DNA of 59,976 nt, filler included, from Basidioascus undulatus (lineage: Eukaryota), in NCBI GenBank assembly GCA_000826855.1. It is 3 parts of 3 records of this genome, joined end to end, with 100 filler letters (N's around TTAATTAATTAA, not from the genome) between each part and the next. Parts side by side here need not be neighbours in the genome. Positions count along the whole stretch, not along the records: positions 1 to 19,932 come from JTLS01000390.1; 2 more parts are not named here. One strand, written 5' to 3'. Position numbers and translations under genes: made by a program. Of the stretch, positions 1 to 12,832 are shown in pieces (position 1 is the stretch's first letter; the number at the start of each line of letters is the position of its first letter). Below the pieces are notes generated by a model, which did no database searches, was not told where the DNA came from, and saw only the letters and a list, made by a program, of their open reading frames with translations.

Positions 1-909
1 GGGGGAGGGGAGGGGAGGGGGAGCAGCGCACGTAATGGACTTTGATATTCTCCGGATCGTCGTCCTCGATGTACGCGATCCGGCTCGTCACAGCCTGCAT
101 GACGTTCTCGATCGGCACGTCCGCGTTGTGCTGCTGCTGCTGCTGGGGCGCAGCGGCGGGGGGGAAGAGGGACGCCAGGGTTGAGGGCCCTGGGGCCGCC
201 GCGCCGGCGTCGGGTTCTGCGCCTGGGCGCGGGTAGGAGAGCAGGGGCGGATGCGGCGGGCGAGGCGGGGCGGGGTAGAAGGACGTCGGCCAGACGCTCG
301 ATTGGTTCGTGGGCGTGGGCTTCGGGGGGAGGTGCAGCGATTGGGTGGGCTCAGGCGCGCTGGGGGGGAAAGAGAGCGGCACGGGCGGGACGGGGGGCGG
401 CTGCTGAAGGGGGAAGGGGGATTGCTGTACCACCCATTCCGTTCCGCGCCAGTGTGTTTGTTGGTGGGATAGGAGAGTAAACGTAGAAGACTCACCCAAG
501 CATGTGGTTGAACCCCCTCCGCACTGAGGCCCATGAGCGCCGCCGCCGCCGCCCTTCCGCCCTCCTCCACCGCCGCGGCCGCCGCCGCCTCCGCGTGCTT
601 CTGCGCCGCGTCGGCCTCCATCTCAGCAGCCATCATCTCCCTCCGCGTGCGCTTCCGCTTGCGCCCCGACGGCCACACGCACTCCGCCCGCGCCTTCTCG
701 CACGGCCCGCACACTGGCTGCGGGCCCGGGCAACGCGACTTTTTGGAGCGGCAGCGCAGGCACGCGAGCGGGATGCGGTTCGTCGGCTGCGGGACTGAGG
801 CGGCGCCAGGGCCGGTAGGGTGAGCGGCGGTCGCGGTCGAGGAGGGAGCGGGCGGATCGTCGCCGGCCTCGGGGGACGGCGACGCTGAGGGCGATGGCGA
901 GGTCGGCAT
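1..909 (-). CDS. Zn(II)2Cys6 fungal transcription factor, 5' part (runs off the window start)
   Basis: ATG at 909-907 (MPTSPSPS...). Binuclear cluster ACLRCRSKKSRCPGPQPVCGPCEKARAECVW followed by basic RKRKR. GTGAG donor at 495 and a further donor near 31. Confidence 0.9.
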
Positions 910-2286
910 ATCGGATGACGAGCATGCAGGGTTCGATGGTGAGCTTGTACTGGTTTCCAGATGCCCCTGGGGGAGAGTGTGTGCGTGCGGGTGGCCAAGG
1001 GCGGATGTTGAGGACGAACGAGTGCACCTCAAGCGGTCTGCGGGAACGCGACGACGCGACGGCACTTCGGGCCGAAAAGCGTTCGGTGAGGTGGAGTACC
1101 TAGTTTGAAATACTAGTAGTGCCTGGATCCTCATTGCGCTCGGGCTGGATGCTCGTCGTACGGATGGACCAGCTCTTCTTTCATCGGTTGGTGTGAAAAA
1201 TTTCACATTTACTACAGCCTTTGAGAGTACATCCTAGTCAACTTGTTGAAGGTAAGGGAGACGATGTCTGAGGGGGGCCGCGGTGCTCACGAGTCCAACG
1301 AACACCAGCTCGCCCAAGCTCGCCCGCCATTCCTGCCTGGCGGCCGAGCACGACGAGCTCTTTTCCCATCCCTTCTACCCCCCGTTTGCAGCGGGGCAGG
1401 TGATTGCTGAGTTGTAGGAGCGTTAGCACTGTACACCCTCATACGCTGTGAGGAGTGGAGAGACGGCGTATGGACCTCCATTAAGTTAATATCCAAGGCT
1501 GCCAGATTTTGCGTGTCGTGCTCCGCCCGGTAGTGAATGCCAACAAAGGGCGCCTTCCTATTCAAAGTGATGATACCAGCTTAAAAATTTCCATAGGTCA
1601 AATTCTGAATGGGCACCTGAATGGTCAGTGCCGCGTGAGCAGGTCACTGTGCCTTGGACATGGCTCATCCACATTCGCAGGACTACAAGCCTGCCCATGG
1701 GGGTTCCTAATCAGAGTAGTATGCACGGGCATAACATGGGATGGTGGTAGACCTCATCTGAAGGCTCGATGGTACATGTAGCAGAGAAGCATGGGCGGAT
1801 AGGGGCGACGGCTTTTCCCTGAAAAGTCACTCTCTTCCGCAACAGCCTGCGACTGCCACGGAGCGTCCATTACAAAGGCGAGCGCAGAAGCCGAAGTCGT
1901 GGAGACCACAAACTTGGACATTTTATTCAATTTACTCGGTCATCTACTAAGGACCCAGAAAGTTGCATGCTATGGACAGGCCGGATTCGGAACGCAGGCG
2001 CGCAGTGGCACTTGGTGTTCTCCTGCCGCTTCCAGTTCTGCGTATTGTTGCGGAGGAGACATGTGCAGACTAGGCTCCAGCCATAAGAATAAAATAACCT
2101 AGCCCTTTATGATCGGAAAGGTTGAAGGATGAAGGACAGCGCTTGCCTAGTTCGAGCAGAGTGCAGGCGAAACGCAGCCTGCAGTCCACCACTTTCAGTT
2201 TTCAGCGCCTTCGAACGCCCCCGCAGTCTAGCGCAGATGCAGCCATCAGCCAAGCTGAAAAGCATAAATCCTTTCCACTGTTCCCG

Positions 2287-3369
2287 ATGACTTTGGAATT
2301 CCCTCCCAAAATGACAGTCCCCCGCGTCGACACTCCCTCTCTCAGCGGCGCAACGCCCACCGTATCGCTGAGCCACTCCGGTCCTCTAACCCCACCCGCC
2401 GAAGCATCCTCAGAAGACCTGCCTGTACCTCCTCTCCCTCCCCATTCCCATCCGGCCCCCGACTCCCAACCCGCATCTCCTCCGTCCTCCCGGCCCGAAG
2501 ACGAGCCAAGCCGCCTCCCTCCCCTCCCCCCGCTCCGAGAGGAGGCCGACGCGTCCAGCTCCAGCACGAGCCATGGCAGCCTTCACCAAGGCACGGGCAC
2601 GACCACCCTGATCAGCTCCGACGACGTCCCCTTCCACGTCGAGTCCCTCTTCCTGCGTGCCGCCTCGCCCGTCTTCCGGAACCTCTTCGACACGCTCCCG
2701 CGGTACACCTCCACACCACGCCCCACATCCCTTCCAGGTCTGGTCGAGCGCTCCGGAACGACGATCCAGCTGTCCGAGCCCGCCTCGACGCTGCGCATCC
2801 TCCTCCCGCTCTCCATGCACGCCTCCGTCCCCGCCTTCTCCTCCCTCTCCGAATTGGAACCCATCCTCCACGCCGCACACAAGTACCAAGCCTCCGGCGT
2901 CCTGGAGTACCTCTCCCTCCAGATAATCCTCAAGACGCCCACCTCCGCCTCCTCTTCTTCTCTCGAAGAGGAGACGGAGGGGCCGTGGGACCCCCTCCGC
3001 GCATACACCCTCGGGGCGAGGTACGACCTCCCTGCTGTGCGGGGGCACGCTCTCCCGCTCGCTTGCGCCCGGCCGGCGGACTTGCTGCTAAGGAGGGTGG
3101 GCGTGCTGGATGTGAGGGACGGGATGGGGCTGGAGGCGTATGTGGATTTGGTGAGGGCGGGCGTGACGCTCCTGGAGAGGGACAGGAAGGAGGCGGAGAG
3201 GACGGTCAGGATTTTGCGGGGGGAGAGGGAGGAGAAGAAAGGAGAGGGGAAGAGTGGGGGAGGTTTACTGGCAGGGTGTTTTGCCAGGCTTGGAAGGAAG
3301 GTGAAGGGGATTGGGCGCAGGGGGGAGAAGGAGGGCGTAGTGGGATGGGAGGGGCTGGAAAGGAGCTGA
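2287..3369 (+). CDS. BTB/POZ-domain protein (single exon)
   Basis: TLISSDDVPFHVESLFLRAASPVFRNLF...IQLSEPASTLRILL...ILHAAHKYQ...DPLRAYTLGARYDL is the typical basidiomycete BTB pattern. First in-frame ATG at 2287. Confidence 0.8.
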   Translation: MTLEFPPKMTVPRVDTPSLSGATPTVSLSHSGPLTPPAEASSEDLPVPPLPPHSHPAPDSQPASPPSSRPEDEPSRLPPLPPLREEADASSSSTSHGSLHQGTGTTTLISSDDVPFHVESLFLRAASPVFRNLFDTLPRYTSTPRPTSLPGLVERSGTTIQLSEPASTLRILLPLSMHASVPAFSSLSELEPILHAAHKYQASGVLEYLSLQIILKTPTSASSSSLEEETEGPWDPLRAYTLGARYDLPAVRGHALPLACARPADLLLRRVGVLDVRDGMGLEAYVDLVRAGVTLLERDRKEAERTVRILRGEREEKKGEGKSGGGLLAGCFARLGRKVKGIGRRGEKEGVVGWEGLERS

Positions 3370-3745
3370 ATACGATTTGCAATCAGCGATCGCAATTATA
3401 TGACATTTATGCTTTACATTTGAGTGTGAGATTCTCCATCTGGAGCAAAGGAATGTTGGCAGCAGGACGTTTCTGGTCATTTCGCAGGCCTGGAATCAAC
3501 ACTGTGAAACACTGCATTGTGGATAGGCGCCGTGCGCTCTAGGATGGTCGCCGGGTTCTTTTGACTTTAATAATAACCAGACCTCCAGTGGTTGTATTTC
3601 CACGAGTACCGGTGAAGAGTGGCACGGTCAAACGGCAGCTTCCAAGACCTGCAGTGGCCACTGCATTAAATCCAGGTCTTCCCCTCCCCAACAACGCTTC
3701 GTCTCCCACACCCCTCGCCTCCGCGTCGACGTTTTTTTTTTCACA

Positions 3746-5742
3746 TTATTCGTCGTCTGCCACCTTTACGACCGCCTTGCCCATGTTCTTGCCGACGAGC
3801 ATGTCCACGAGCGCCTTGTCGGCGTTCTCGATGCCCTTCGTAACGTGCTCGAGGATCCTGCACATCCAGCCGATGTCAGCTTGGTCGGGAGGCTGAAGGA
3901 GAGAAGTTGCCTCGACGCACTTGAGCTTTCCCTCCGCGATCCAGCGCGGGACCTTCGCGTAGAAGTCGGCGTCGTCCTCCGGATTCTCTGGTAGCGGCAT
4001 GGACGTAGTCAGCGACTAAGTCTGAGAGAACAGCGACTAAGTCTGAGAGAAAGGCAGGGACGGGTTAACGGACCGATGTGGAGAATGATGAAGCCTGTTC
4101 ACATCCAAACAGTCAGTTTCACATTTCATTGAAAGTGAGATACAGAGGAAGAACGGGGTGGGGGCAGTATCAAAACACGGGCATACCCTTCATGTTGATT
4201 AGCTTGGCAGCGACGTTGAAAAGGTTGCGGATGGGGTACCGCTCTTCAGGCTTGACGTTGTAGTCACGAGCCATACCGCAGATGACTATAGAAGATATTC
4301 AGGGATAAGACGCCGAGCGGAGAGAGGCCACTGGAGGTTGAAAAGAAGACGTACTGAACCGCGCGTTGTTGTTCGCCTTCTCGAGAGCAGCCTCCATGTG
4401 CTCGCCTGTTGGTAGCTAATCAACTACTTTGAAAATTAAAAAGAAGACATTACCCCGAAAGCTCTACTCACCACCAACGTTCTGCTCTCAAGTTCCTTGT
4501 TAGCCACTGCACTTGTACAGAATAGGCATTTCAAACACGAACCTCCCAGTAGACATCGATCTTCTTCCCCGCCTCCTCGAGAGCTTGCATCGGCTGCTTC
4601 TCGCGGTAGTCGAACACGAAGTCCGCCCTGAGCTGCTCCTTGACGAACTTGCACTTGTCGGCGCCGCCTGCGGAGGCGACGACGTAGAGGCCCTCCATCT
4701 TGGCGAGTTGGATGACCATCTGCGACAAAATGTTTCAGCGTGCAACAAGAGATTACTATTGAAGGTACAAGGGCGTACCTGGGCTACAGGGCCCGCGGCA
4801 GCGTTCACATAGATCATCTCGCCCTGTGAGGGATCAGATGTCAGCTCACAGCAGGGAGACCGCTGAAAATGTTATACCCATTGGTAGCGCTCACCTGCTT
4901 AAGGGCACCCCCGAACTTCTTCAATCCGTAGTATCCTGGTACCCTAACATTTCAGCAGCCGCGGACTGTTTAAACAAAGAAAAGGACTGACCGGTCTTGC
5001 CCGGCATGCCCGCAACGCCGACGTAGACGGACCACGGCAGGCGCTCCTTGTTCTCGAGCTTGAGGAGGGAGTTGACTTGCTCCGCGTTCCAGATGGAGTA
5101 CTCCTCGAACTGTTCTTCAAAGTCAGTGGGTTTCTTCAGACACTGGGGCAAATTCTGGCTGTCTACCTTGTGGAACCCGTAGACGTGGTCGCCCTTTTGA
5201 AGCTTGGTAGTCTCCGAGCGAAGGACAACCGAGACGCCGTAGTTCTCTATCCTTCAACGTCGCCCGTCATCAGAGTATGGACAGGGAAGGAACTGGATGA
5301 ACTCACGGCTTTCCCTTCTCGAAGGCCTGCGCACTCGGACGTAAGTCAACATGTGCGATGAGCATAACGCAGACTTTTCCGCAGAAATGGGATGGAAATG
5401 GTATGTACTCACGGGTACGTAGCTCTCCCCTCCGTCACGCATCCTCCCTCGCATGTACCTGCCAGGCCGCTCCTTCTGAGTGAGCTGCGCTCCGCTCCTG
5501 ATTCCCGCTCGACGTACGGGTCGACGCTCAGAACCCTGCGCATAAAACACTGCATCAGATCATATTACTTCTCTCTACTTCCTGAAACCCACGTACAAAG
5601 TCTTGGTCAAAACGCCGCCGTTCAGGGGGACAGTGTCGAGGTCGATCTCCTCCGACTTGTCGACCTTCGTGTGCTCGCCCGGCACCGGAAGACGTTCCGG
5701 CGCCTTGACGAAGAGCACCTTGGTGTTAGTAACCTTGACCAT
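3746..5742 (-). CDS. NADP-dependent oxidoreductase, MDR superfamily (prostaglandin reductase/LTB4DH-like), multi-exon
   Basis: Exons encode MVKVTNTKVLFVKAPERLPVPGEH, YVGVAGMPGKT, IYVNAAAGPVAQ, VVASAGGADKC...FDY and GIENADKALVDMLVGKNMGKAVVKV*. Confidence 0.9.
4010..4051. repeat. Perfect 21-bp tandem duplication (CAGCGACTAAGTCTGAGAGAA x2) inside an intron of the oxidoreductase gene
   Basis: Read directly at 4010-4030 and 4031-4051. Confidence 0.9.
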
Positions 5743-6300
5743 TTTCTATGAGGCGAGTGATACGAGATGGTGGGTATTAGTCTGTGTTGGGATCAGGTAA
5801 GGCAAGCGAGGTGCTTCCTCGTTGAAATGGATGAGCTCAGGACGGCCGCTGGACGGGGCGGATGATCAACATGGTTTGTACCACGTCGGTGGTGCGGATG
5901 CTAATTGAACCCCTCAAATCTCCCCCTCCACTTTACTCCACTACGCGAGTTTAGTAAGACGGTAATTATACGGCCGAGCGAGCCATAGAAAGCGCGGAGG
6001 CGGCGAAGACCGGGGCGCGCGCGGCCGGTGGAGCTTCTATTTCATGATCGGCGAGTTGTGCGAGGCAGCGACCGACAGCAGCCCAGCGACGACGACTACT
6101 GCCCTGCCTTGGCCAGTTGGTCCTGTTGCGAGTGGGAAGCAATACTCATGAGAGCAAGGAACATTTGATGGCGTTGTACTGTGCTCGAGCCACGAGAGAA
6201 GACGCCGTTATTGCGCCTGACAACAGCTTCCAACTGCACTCGCCATCGACAAACACTCGCACACGAATCAACTAATAAGTTATCACATCTTTGCCGACCC

Positions 6301-8425
6301 TCAACCCGGTCCGGGCGTGCCCACCGCGCTCCCGCCGCCCTGCGTCCGCCGCATAATGTACTCCCGCACAGCCTGGTGCCCCTCCGCCGTAACAAACAGC
6401 ATGCGCTTGGCCGCGCTCTCCCAAAGAACGACGTCGATCTGCTTCGCATAGTTGAGCACGAGCTCGTAGTCAGCCGGCGAGCGGAAGTCCGAGTAGAGGG
6501 TGCCTGGTTCGAGAGAAGGGAGTGGGAGAGGAGTGGGGGAAGGGACGGTCATGAGCTCGGCGAGGATGAGGGCGCGGGAGAGGATGAGGGCTGGATTGGG
6601 GCGCAGCGAACCTGCGTAGTCTTTGAGTCGGTTCCTTTCGTTCTCCCATAGGCGGATCTGGTCTTGGACGGTTACGGGGAGGAGGGGGTTCTGTGAAACA
6701 ATCGCCGTCCCTTTCAGTATCTCTCGCAGCAACCCGAAACGACGCTACGCAACGCACGTTGCGGTGCATCTGCGGATGCGCATGTGTTTTGAGATAGCTG
6801 ATCACCTGCGTAATTGAGTCACTTGCGCGTCAGCCCTTCAAGGTCTTGCAGAGAGGAGAAGCACGGCAGAAAGCGCAAGCGCGACGCACCTGGTCCGCCG
6901 TAATCCCGTTCGACAGCGCGTTCTTCACGCTCTCCCGCGTGATGACGCCCGTGACGAGGTTCGGGAAGCGGCTCTTGAGGTGGACGAACAGGTTCAGGAC
7001 TGAGATCTGGAGCGGGTTGGACGTGTACGCGTAGAGGCGGTAGTTGGTCTCGAGGATGATGAACCCCTTCTGCTCGGTCTTGTCCGCGCCGGCTGCGGAC
7101 GAAGTGAGGAGCGGCGGCGCGGAGGAGGTGAGGGTCGTTGCGAGACGGGTGGGGTAGAAGCGGCGGGAGTACTGCTTCGATTTTTTGGACTGCTTTGCAG
7201 AATTGGGGTGAGCAAGTGTGACATTCGAATAGCGGCAGGAAACGCACCTGGCGCTGGTAGACTAGACCCCAGTCTCTCAGGTCCGCGAGCATGGCCTGCT
7301 GCGTCGGGGTCAAAGTGTCGCTCGAGTAATCCTTCAGCGGGGAGGCATCACGCTCTATCAATCAACTTTCGCGTTGCTACGTCGAAGAGGGCGCATGACA
7401 TACCCGCCCGAGCTCGAGTGTCCCGAGCATGAACAAGAAGTTGAGGACCTCCACCAAGTCCATTTGGCGCTCCTGCCGGACGGAGGGAACCGACCCATAT
7501 TCCACATCAGTACACTCGGCCACAGCCGCTGCGACGCGCATCTCGCTGTGATGGTCACGCACCTCCGCCATGCTCAGGTATTGCAGGAGCAAGTCCCACA
7601 GCTGGATCTGCACGTCCTCCAGCAGGAACTGGAAGCCGCGGCTCGTGATCAGCAGTGGGCTGTTTTTTGCGCTGCACGTCGCTCACCCCACATATCAGCC
7701 ACTGCTGCATTAGCGCAACGATAGATGATATGAAGGAACGCACGGCTTAGCCATCAGCCCGCTCTTCTCGAGGAGGTACAGCACGCCCACAGACGGCCTG
7801 GCGCGATCGGTGGAGCCGACCATGAAGTGCAGCATTGTCTGCAATCGCGGCACCGCATGGGAGTGAGGGACAGACGCAGATAGCTCGAGAGCGGGAGCCT
7901 CACCTCCCACTGCTCGGTCGCGTAGTCGTCAAGTTGTGCGATCGAAGTATAGTGCTTGTCGGCCGAATCGCTCGGTACGCCAAACGAGCGGTGCGAGCCG
8001 CTGCGTGCTGGGCTTCAGCCTCTTTCAACTGAGATTCCTTTCAGCGAAGCACACACTCACCCGCCCGTCAACGCTCTCCTCATGTTCTCCCTGAACTTGG
8101 CATTCATCTCCACCACGCCGCCCCTCTCCTTCGCCAGATGCAGCGCGCCCAGCACTCCCATCGCCTCGTCAACGCGCTTGCGGGGTTCGGCGCCGCGCTT
8201 GAGCCACGCCGCGAGGTCCGCCATGGGGATGGGCCTGGACTCGGGCAGCCATAGGAGGGAGGTGAGGAGCTGGCGGGGAAGTGGCGGGAGGAGACGGAAG
8301 ATGGACAGGCAGGTCGAGGGCGACGAGTACAGGCGGTTGAGGATCGCCTCGGACTGCTGCGTGAGCCACGGGTAGAGGGTAGACGCAAAGTCAGACGTCG
8401 CTATGGGCCCTGTGGGCGCGACCAT
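6301..8425 (-). CDS. TFB2: TFIIH subunit Tfb2/p52, multi-exon
   Basis: [79 protein letters not shown] and [18 protein letters not shown] are Tfb2 signature blocks. Confidence 0.95.
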
Positions 8426-9161
8426 GATCGCCGTGAACGAGAATCAGATGGAGAGAGGTCAAGAGCAGCAGCATGCCGGACTTGGAGATTGAGCCGTACG
8501 CTGCCTATCGGTGATAAGACACACACATTTCGGCCCTCCAGGCTTCTTTACCGAATTATTGGCTTCGTCTAGTCTTCTCTTCTTCCCCTTCTACCATCAT
8601 CTTCCCCACTCATTTGTAGCCCTGGCGTATCCCTGCGAACATCACTCACCTTCATACAGCTCGCTTCAGCTAAGATTATCTCAATTCCGCCAAGTTGTGA
8701 GTCGCTTGAACCATCTCTCGCCTCTGGTCCCCTTCGAGCTCTCCACGCTCGCATGATGTTTTGAGTCTTCGGACTCCAGATATGTTAGACTGCCGAGACG
8801 GGATTAGACCCCCGATATTCGTGCGGATACCTTTTCCAATGCTGATCTTTACCCGAGAGACACGTCGAAACCACTTCGCCATGAGAACACGAGCGCTGAC
8901 TTCTGCCCTTGATCTCGCTCGCACAGACTTCTTCTCGGTTGTAGGTGATGCTCTCAGCATGGATGTTTTACAATGGGGCGCAACGGGGTGCGCCATCTGG
9001 GCTCCACGGACGGGAGAGGTCTCAATGATGCGCTTGCTCATCTTGCGTACTGTACCGAACTCGGCGCATGCCTCAATATGCACCATCAATTCATGATATT
9101 CTCTTCTTACTCCCCGCATGCCTCATCCTCCCACTTCAACCCACCTCCAACACCATACCCC

Positions 9162-10457
9162 TCAAGGCAGCCCAGCCCTCCACGTCGCGCCCACCTCGTT
9201 CAGTCCCCAATTGTACGAGCTCCCATCATGCACGGTCGTCCGCCGCATGTCGCGCCTGAACTTGCCCTCGTACGCGCCGCCCGACACAGCGCGGTGCATC
9301 ACGCAGGTGTTGTCCCATATGACCAGGTCACCCGGATCGTGCCACTCAACGGACGTGACATACTGCGGCTGGCTCGCGTGCGAGAGGAGCTCATCGATCA
9401 GCGCTTGTCCCGAGGCTAGCGGTAGGCCGTCGATGCTGTGTGCGTGGGCGGCTATGTACAGGTTCTGTCGGGGCCATCATTTGTGATGTTAGCCAATCGC
9501 TGAACCACCATTGCCGGGTGAGAAATGCTGCACAGTGCGCCCGGACGGCTCATGCGTTTGTACGAGGTAGTGGCGCGAGAACGGGTAGTCCTCGGGCCTG
9601 ATGTTCTTGAGGATCTCTGCATAGGGCGCCGCCTTCTTCCGCGAATGCCAAAGCGAGTTCTTCGTCACGAGCCCGACAAGCTTGTCCTTCGTCTCCTGCG
9701 GCAGGTCGGCGTACGCTTGACGTGTGTCTGCGAACTGTGCAATCTACGTATGCATCAGTGGTGCCTTGCACTTTCGCATGATTGAAACAAGATTCCACCT
9801 CGGTGTTACCACCCATCCCGGGCGGAGGAACTTCGTGAGCGAGAAGGAGCGAGTAGCCCGCGCGGCGAGGGTTGAAAGCCGAGTCGCAGTGGAACAGCGA
9901 GTTTCCCTGCATCCACAACCTCTCAGCTACAAACCCAACTTTAATACCCACTTTAATATCTCCGCAACCCACCAGACCCATCAAGTACCTCGTCGAGTCA
10001 GGCTTGACGATCTCCCCAAACTCGTCCATGTTGCTCACGTCAAACAGCCTGCAGCACCTCACAATATCAGTCCAGGCTTTGCTTTCTGCCGACTTTCTCG
10101 GTTTCGCAGAAGGACACCAGGACCTACTCGTCATACACACATCTGTGCTTGCGTCCAAGCTGGGTGTACGGCGTCACGTCGTCGAGCTCGCCAAACATCC
10201 TCGAGAACGCGACGTGCGTCTCGTCTGTGAGGCAGGTCTTGCGGAAGACGAGCACGCCGTACTATAGATCCGTTCGACATCATCTTCCTACTCCACAAGA
10301 TATATCCTATACTTATGGTACAGACCTTTGCCATCGCGGCTTTCACTTCGTCTACGACTTCGGGCGGGACAGGCAGCGAGAAGTCGATCCCGGACGCCTC
10401 GGCTGCGAAGGTCGGGTGCAGGGGCATGCATTTGAGGGTGGGGAGCGCCGTACGCAT
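9162..10457 (-). CDS. Alpha-ketoglutarate/Fe(II)-dependent dioxygenase, TfdA/TauD family
   Basis: PLHPTFAAEASGIDF, YGVLVFRKT, GNSLFHCDSAF (HxD), GGNTE-FADTRQAY, WHDPGDLVIWDNTCVMHRA (third ligand His) and RRDMRRTTV. Exon phases consistent where checked. Confidence 0.92.
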
Positions 10458-11079
10458 AGTTCGAAACGGTGAAGATGTTATCCTTGATTTCAAGAGGGGT
10501 AATCATAAAGACATGCAAAGATGCAAAAGTGAACTGAAAGCGAAGTCATGATAACGGACGGGAACGATAGCCCTCGTGATCGTCGTCCGGCAATGCGCGG
10601 CCCGCCAATGCACACAACCTTTGCAGCCGGCCTCACTGTCGGCCGTTGAAGTTTGATCAAGTGATCAAGCAGTCGTACGGCCGTCAAGAGGATAAGACCG
10701 ATGCGAAGGATGGACAGCTAAGAAGATACCACACCCTGCTTTCGACCTCGTTTTAATTATCGAGTCGATAAGCCGATACGCTTGCACGGACTGTTGAAAA
10801 GCACTGAAAAACTGCCACACGAGGCCAATTTTCTGTCAGGGGGGCATCAGGATGAATGGAGTGAACTTTGAGTCTCCTCGTGACTCCCACCATAATGCTC
10901 AGCAGATGGAGACAAAGCCGAGTGCGATCGAGAGTTGTTCGACGCACCCCCGACCTTTATACGTTCTACCGAAGCGTTCTACCGAAGAAAAACCCCACAC
11001 CAATAGTTACAAAGAATCGCATTGATGTTCAAGGAACCGTCAAGTCCAAGGCATACAGGGAATAAAACAGGCACAGCAT

Positions 11080-12035
11080 TTAGTGACTCATCCCACCTGG
11101 CCCAGCACCTCCAGCGGCCCCACCGTATCAAACGTCCCAAAGCGAGCCATCCTCCACCCGGAAGCGGTCTCTGGCGCTCGAACGTCCTCTCCAAACTGTC
11201 ACGGTGCGGGGTTGGGGCCAAAGTTCCTCTAAGTGCTCTACGAAAGAGCCCTGCGGTGTGGGCACAGGTGTAGACATTCACTCGCCCTTCCTAGCACCAG
11301 TCAAAAAGAATAATGTCTCCAGCACCAGAGCAGATGGGCACCGAACATGCCTGACAAACGCAGGGAGGTATGGGTCGCCGGTAGAAATGAGGCTGTGGTC
11401 TGACAGAAACAGGCAGGACACCGCGAGGTGCGAGAGGGCAGTTAAGCTGAGAAGGGCCTCTGGCACACTGGGGCTGCGGAAATTGATGTGGAAACCAGCC
11501 AGATGTGTAAGATTGTGCCACTACAGGACGGGCTTTTAGTCGGACAGCGTGGATAGAGTGTCGGGACATAAGTACAGCTCCTTTACCGGAAGAGCTTGTC
11601 CAGTCGCCAAGAAGTCCGGACGAAGCGCAGACAAACGTGCAAAGTCTATAGCAAGGCTAGTGAGGGGTGGACTATTGGTCTTGAGCGCCTCGAAGATAGG
11701 GAGGTGGAAGCGCTGCTCCCAGTTGTCCCCGCTGGCAATCGTCCAACCTGATCGCCCGAATTTAGGAGGTCAAGTGCGGACTCCCTGACAGGGTGCGGAC
11801 AAAGGCTTCGATGAAGACGGCAGGGATAATTGGATCGTTGCGTGCCAGGTTGATCCAGGAGTAAAGCACGGGCGTTGCCAGGTCCTTGAACGTGTGTGCG
11901 AGACGAGAGCGAGGCTGACCAGCGTGGCGGTCTCGGTGCCGGGCATGAAAGTCTTCGGCTTAGGAGGGACCGCTGCCAGCTCGACAATGTACTTGTAGAT
12001 CTCGAGGGGAGCGGAGCGAAGGGTAGTTTTTTATG
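11080..12035 (-). pseudogene. F-box-like/LRR-type protein pseudogene
   Basis: Fragments across frames read PLEIYKYIVELAA...TATLVSLALVSH/TFKDLATPVLYSWINL...FVRTLSGSPHLTS*IRAIRL...NLTHLAGF...RVEDGSLWD. ATA sits at the apparent start position, with several frameshifts and in-frame stops. The 3' boundary is approximate. Confidence 0.7.
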
Positions 12036-12832
12036 AGTTGAGTGAGGTGGTGGCGGTGAGTGGGAGGAGGAAGAAGAGAGTACTGGGTGGAACTTTTGTG
12101 AAGCGAGTCAGCTCCGTCCTGCTGGCGGCTAGGCTGTCGGCAGTTCGGAATTCTCCAAAATACTGCTAAGTACGCCTCCGGAATAACGGGCTCCTGAAAT
12201 CTCGAAAAATTGTGGGATGCCTAGCGGCTGTAAAGAATTGAAAGGGTAAGAGCATGGCGCAGTTACCTCTGGCTGGCAGGACTGCGCCGCTTCGGAATTT
12301 CGTTTTTCAGACGTGAACGAGTTGGGTTGAGAGTACGATCAATTTCTAAAATAAAGTCAAACTCCTAATATGCCCAAATGTGCCTCCCTCGTGTTCATTC
12401 CGCAATCCATCCATGCAGGCGGCCAGATCGCTCCTGCGTTGCGTAGACAAGTTTCAAGAACGATACTCAGATAGGCGAATACCTCCGTACTCTTTGATAT
12501 GCACCGAGCTTGAACATATTTTATGAGGTGGTCTGTAGGTAGTAAGACGGATGAGGAGCACCTGGACTGGGCAGTCACGCAGAATGTGGAGCAGGTGGCC
12601 GTGACCGATTCTACCGCCCTTCCATGGTTCACGGCTTTCTAGTGATAAGTTTTCGGACGGACGTCAAAGCATCTTTAAGCCTGAATACCAATGGAGCCGA
12701 GCCTGCCCTCGTATCCAGAGTTGGCCAAAAATCCAGCACGGTGGCTGGCCGTTCATGCTCGCATCGGGTCGACGGGACGTGAATGCATCATAACATTCGG
12801 CTCATTCCCATCAATCGAAGTGAGCAATGTGT

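Noticed and set aside
10131..10150. Apparent stop or frameshift in the TfdA gene
   Set aside because: The correct frame reads KHRCVYDE|LFDVSN across a normal GT-AG intron, so the gene is intact here.
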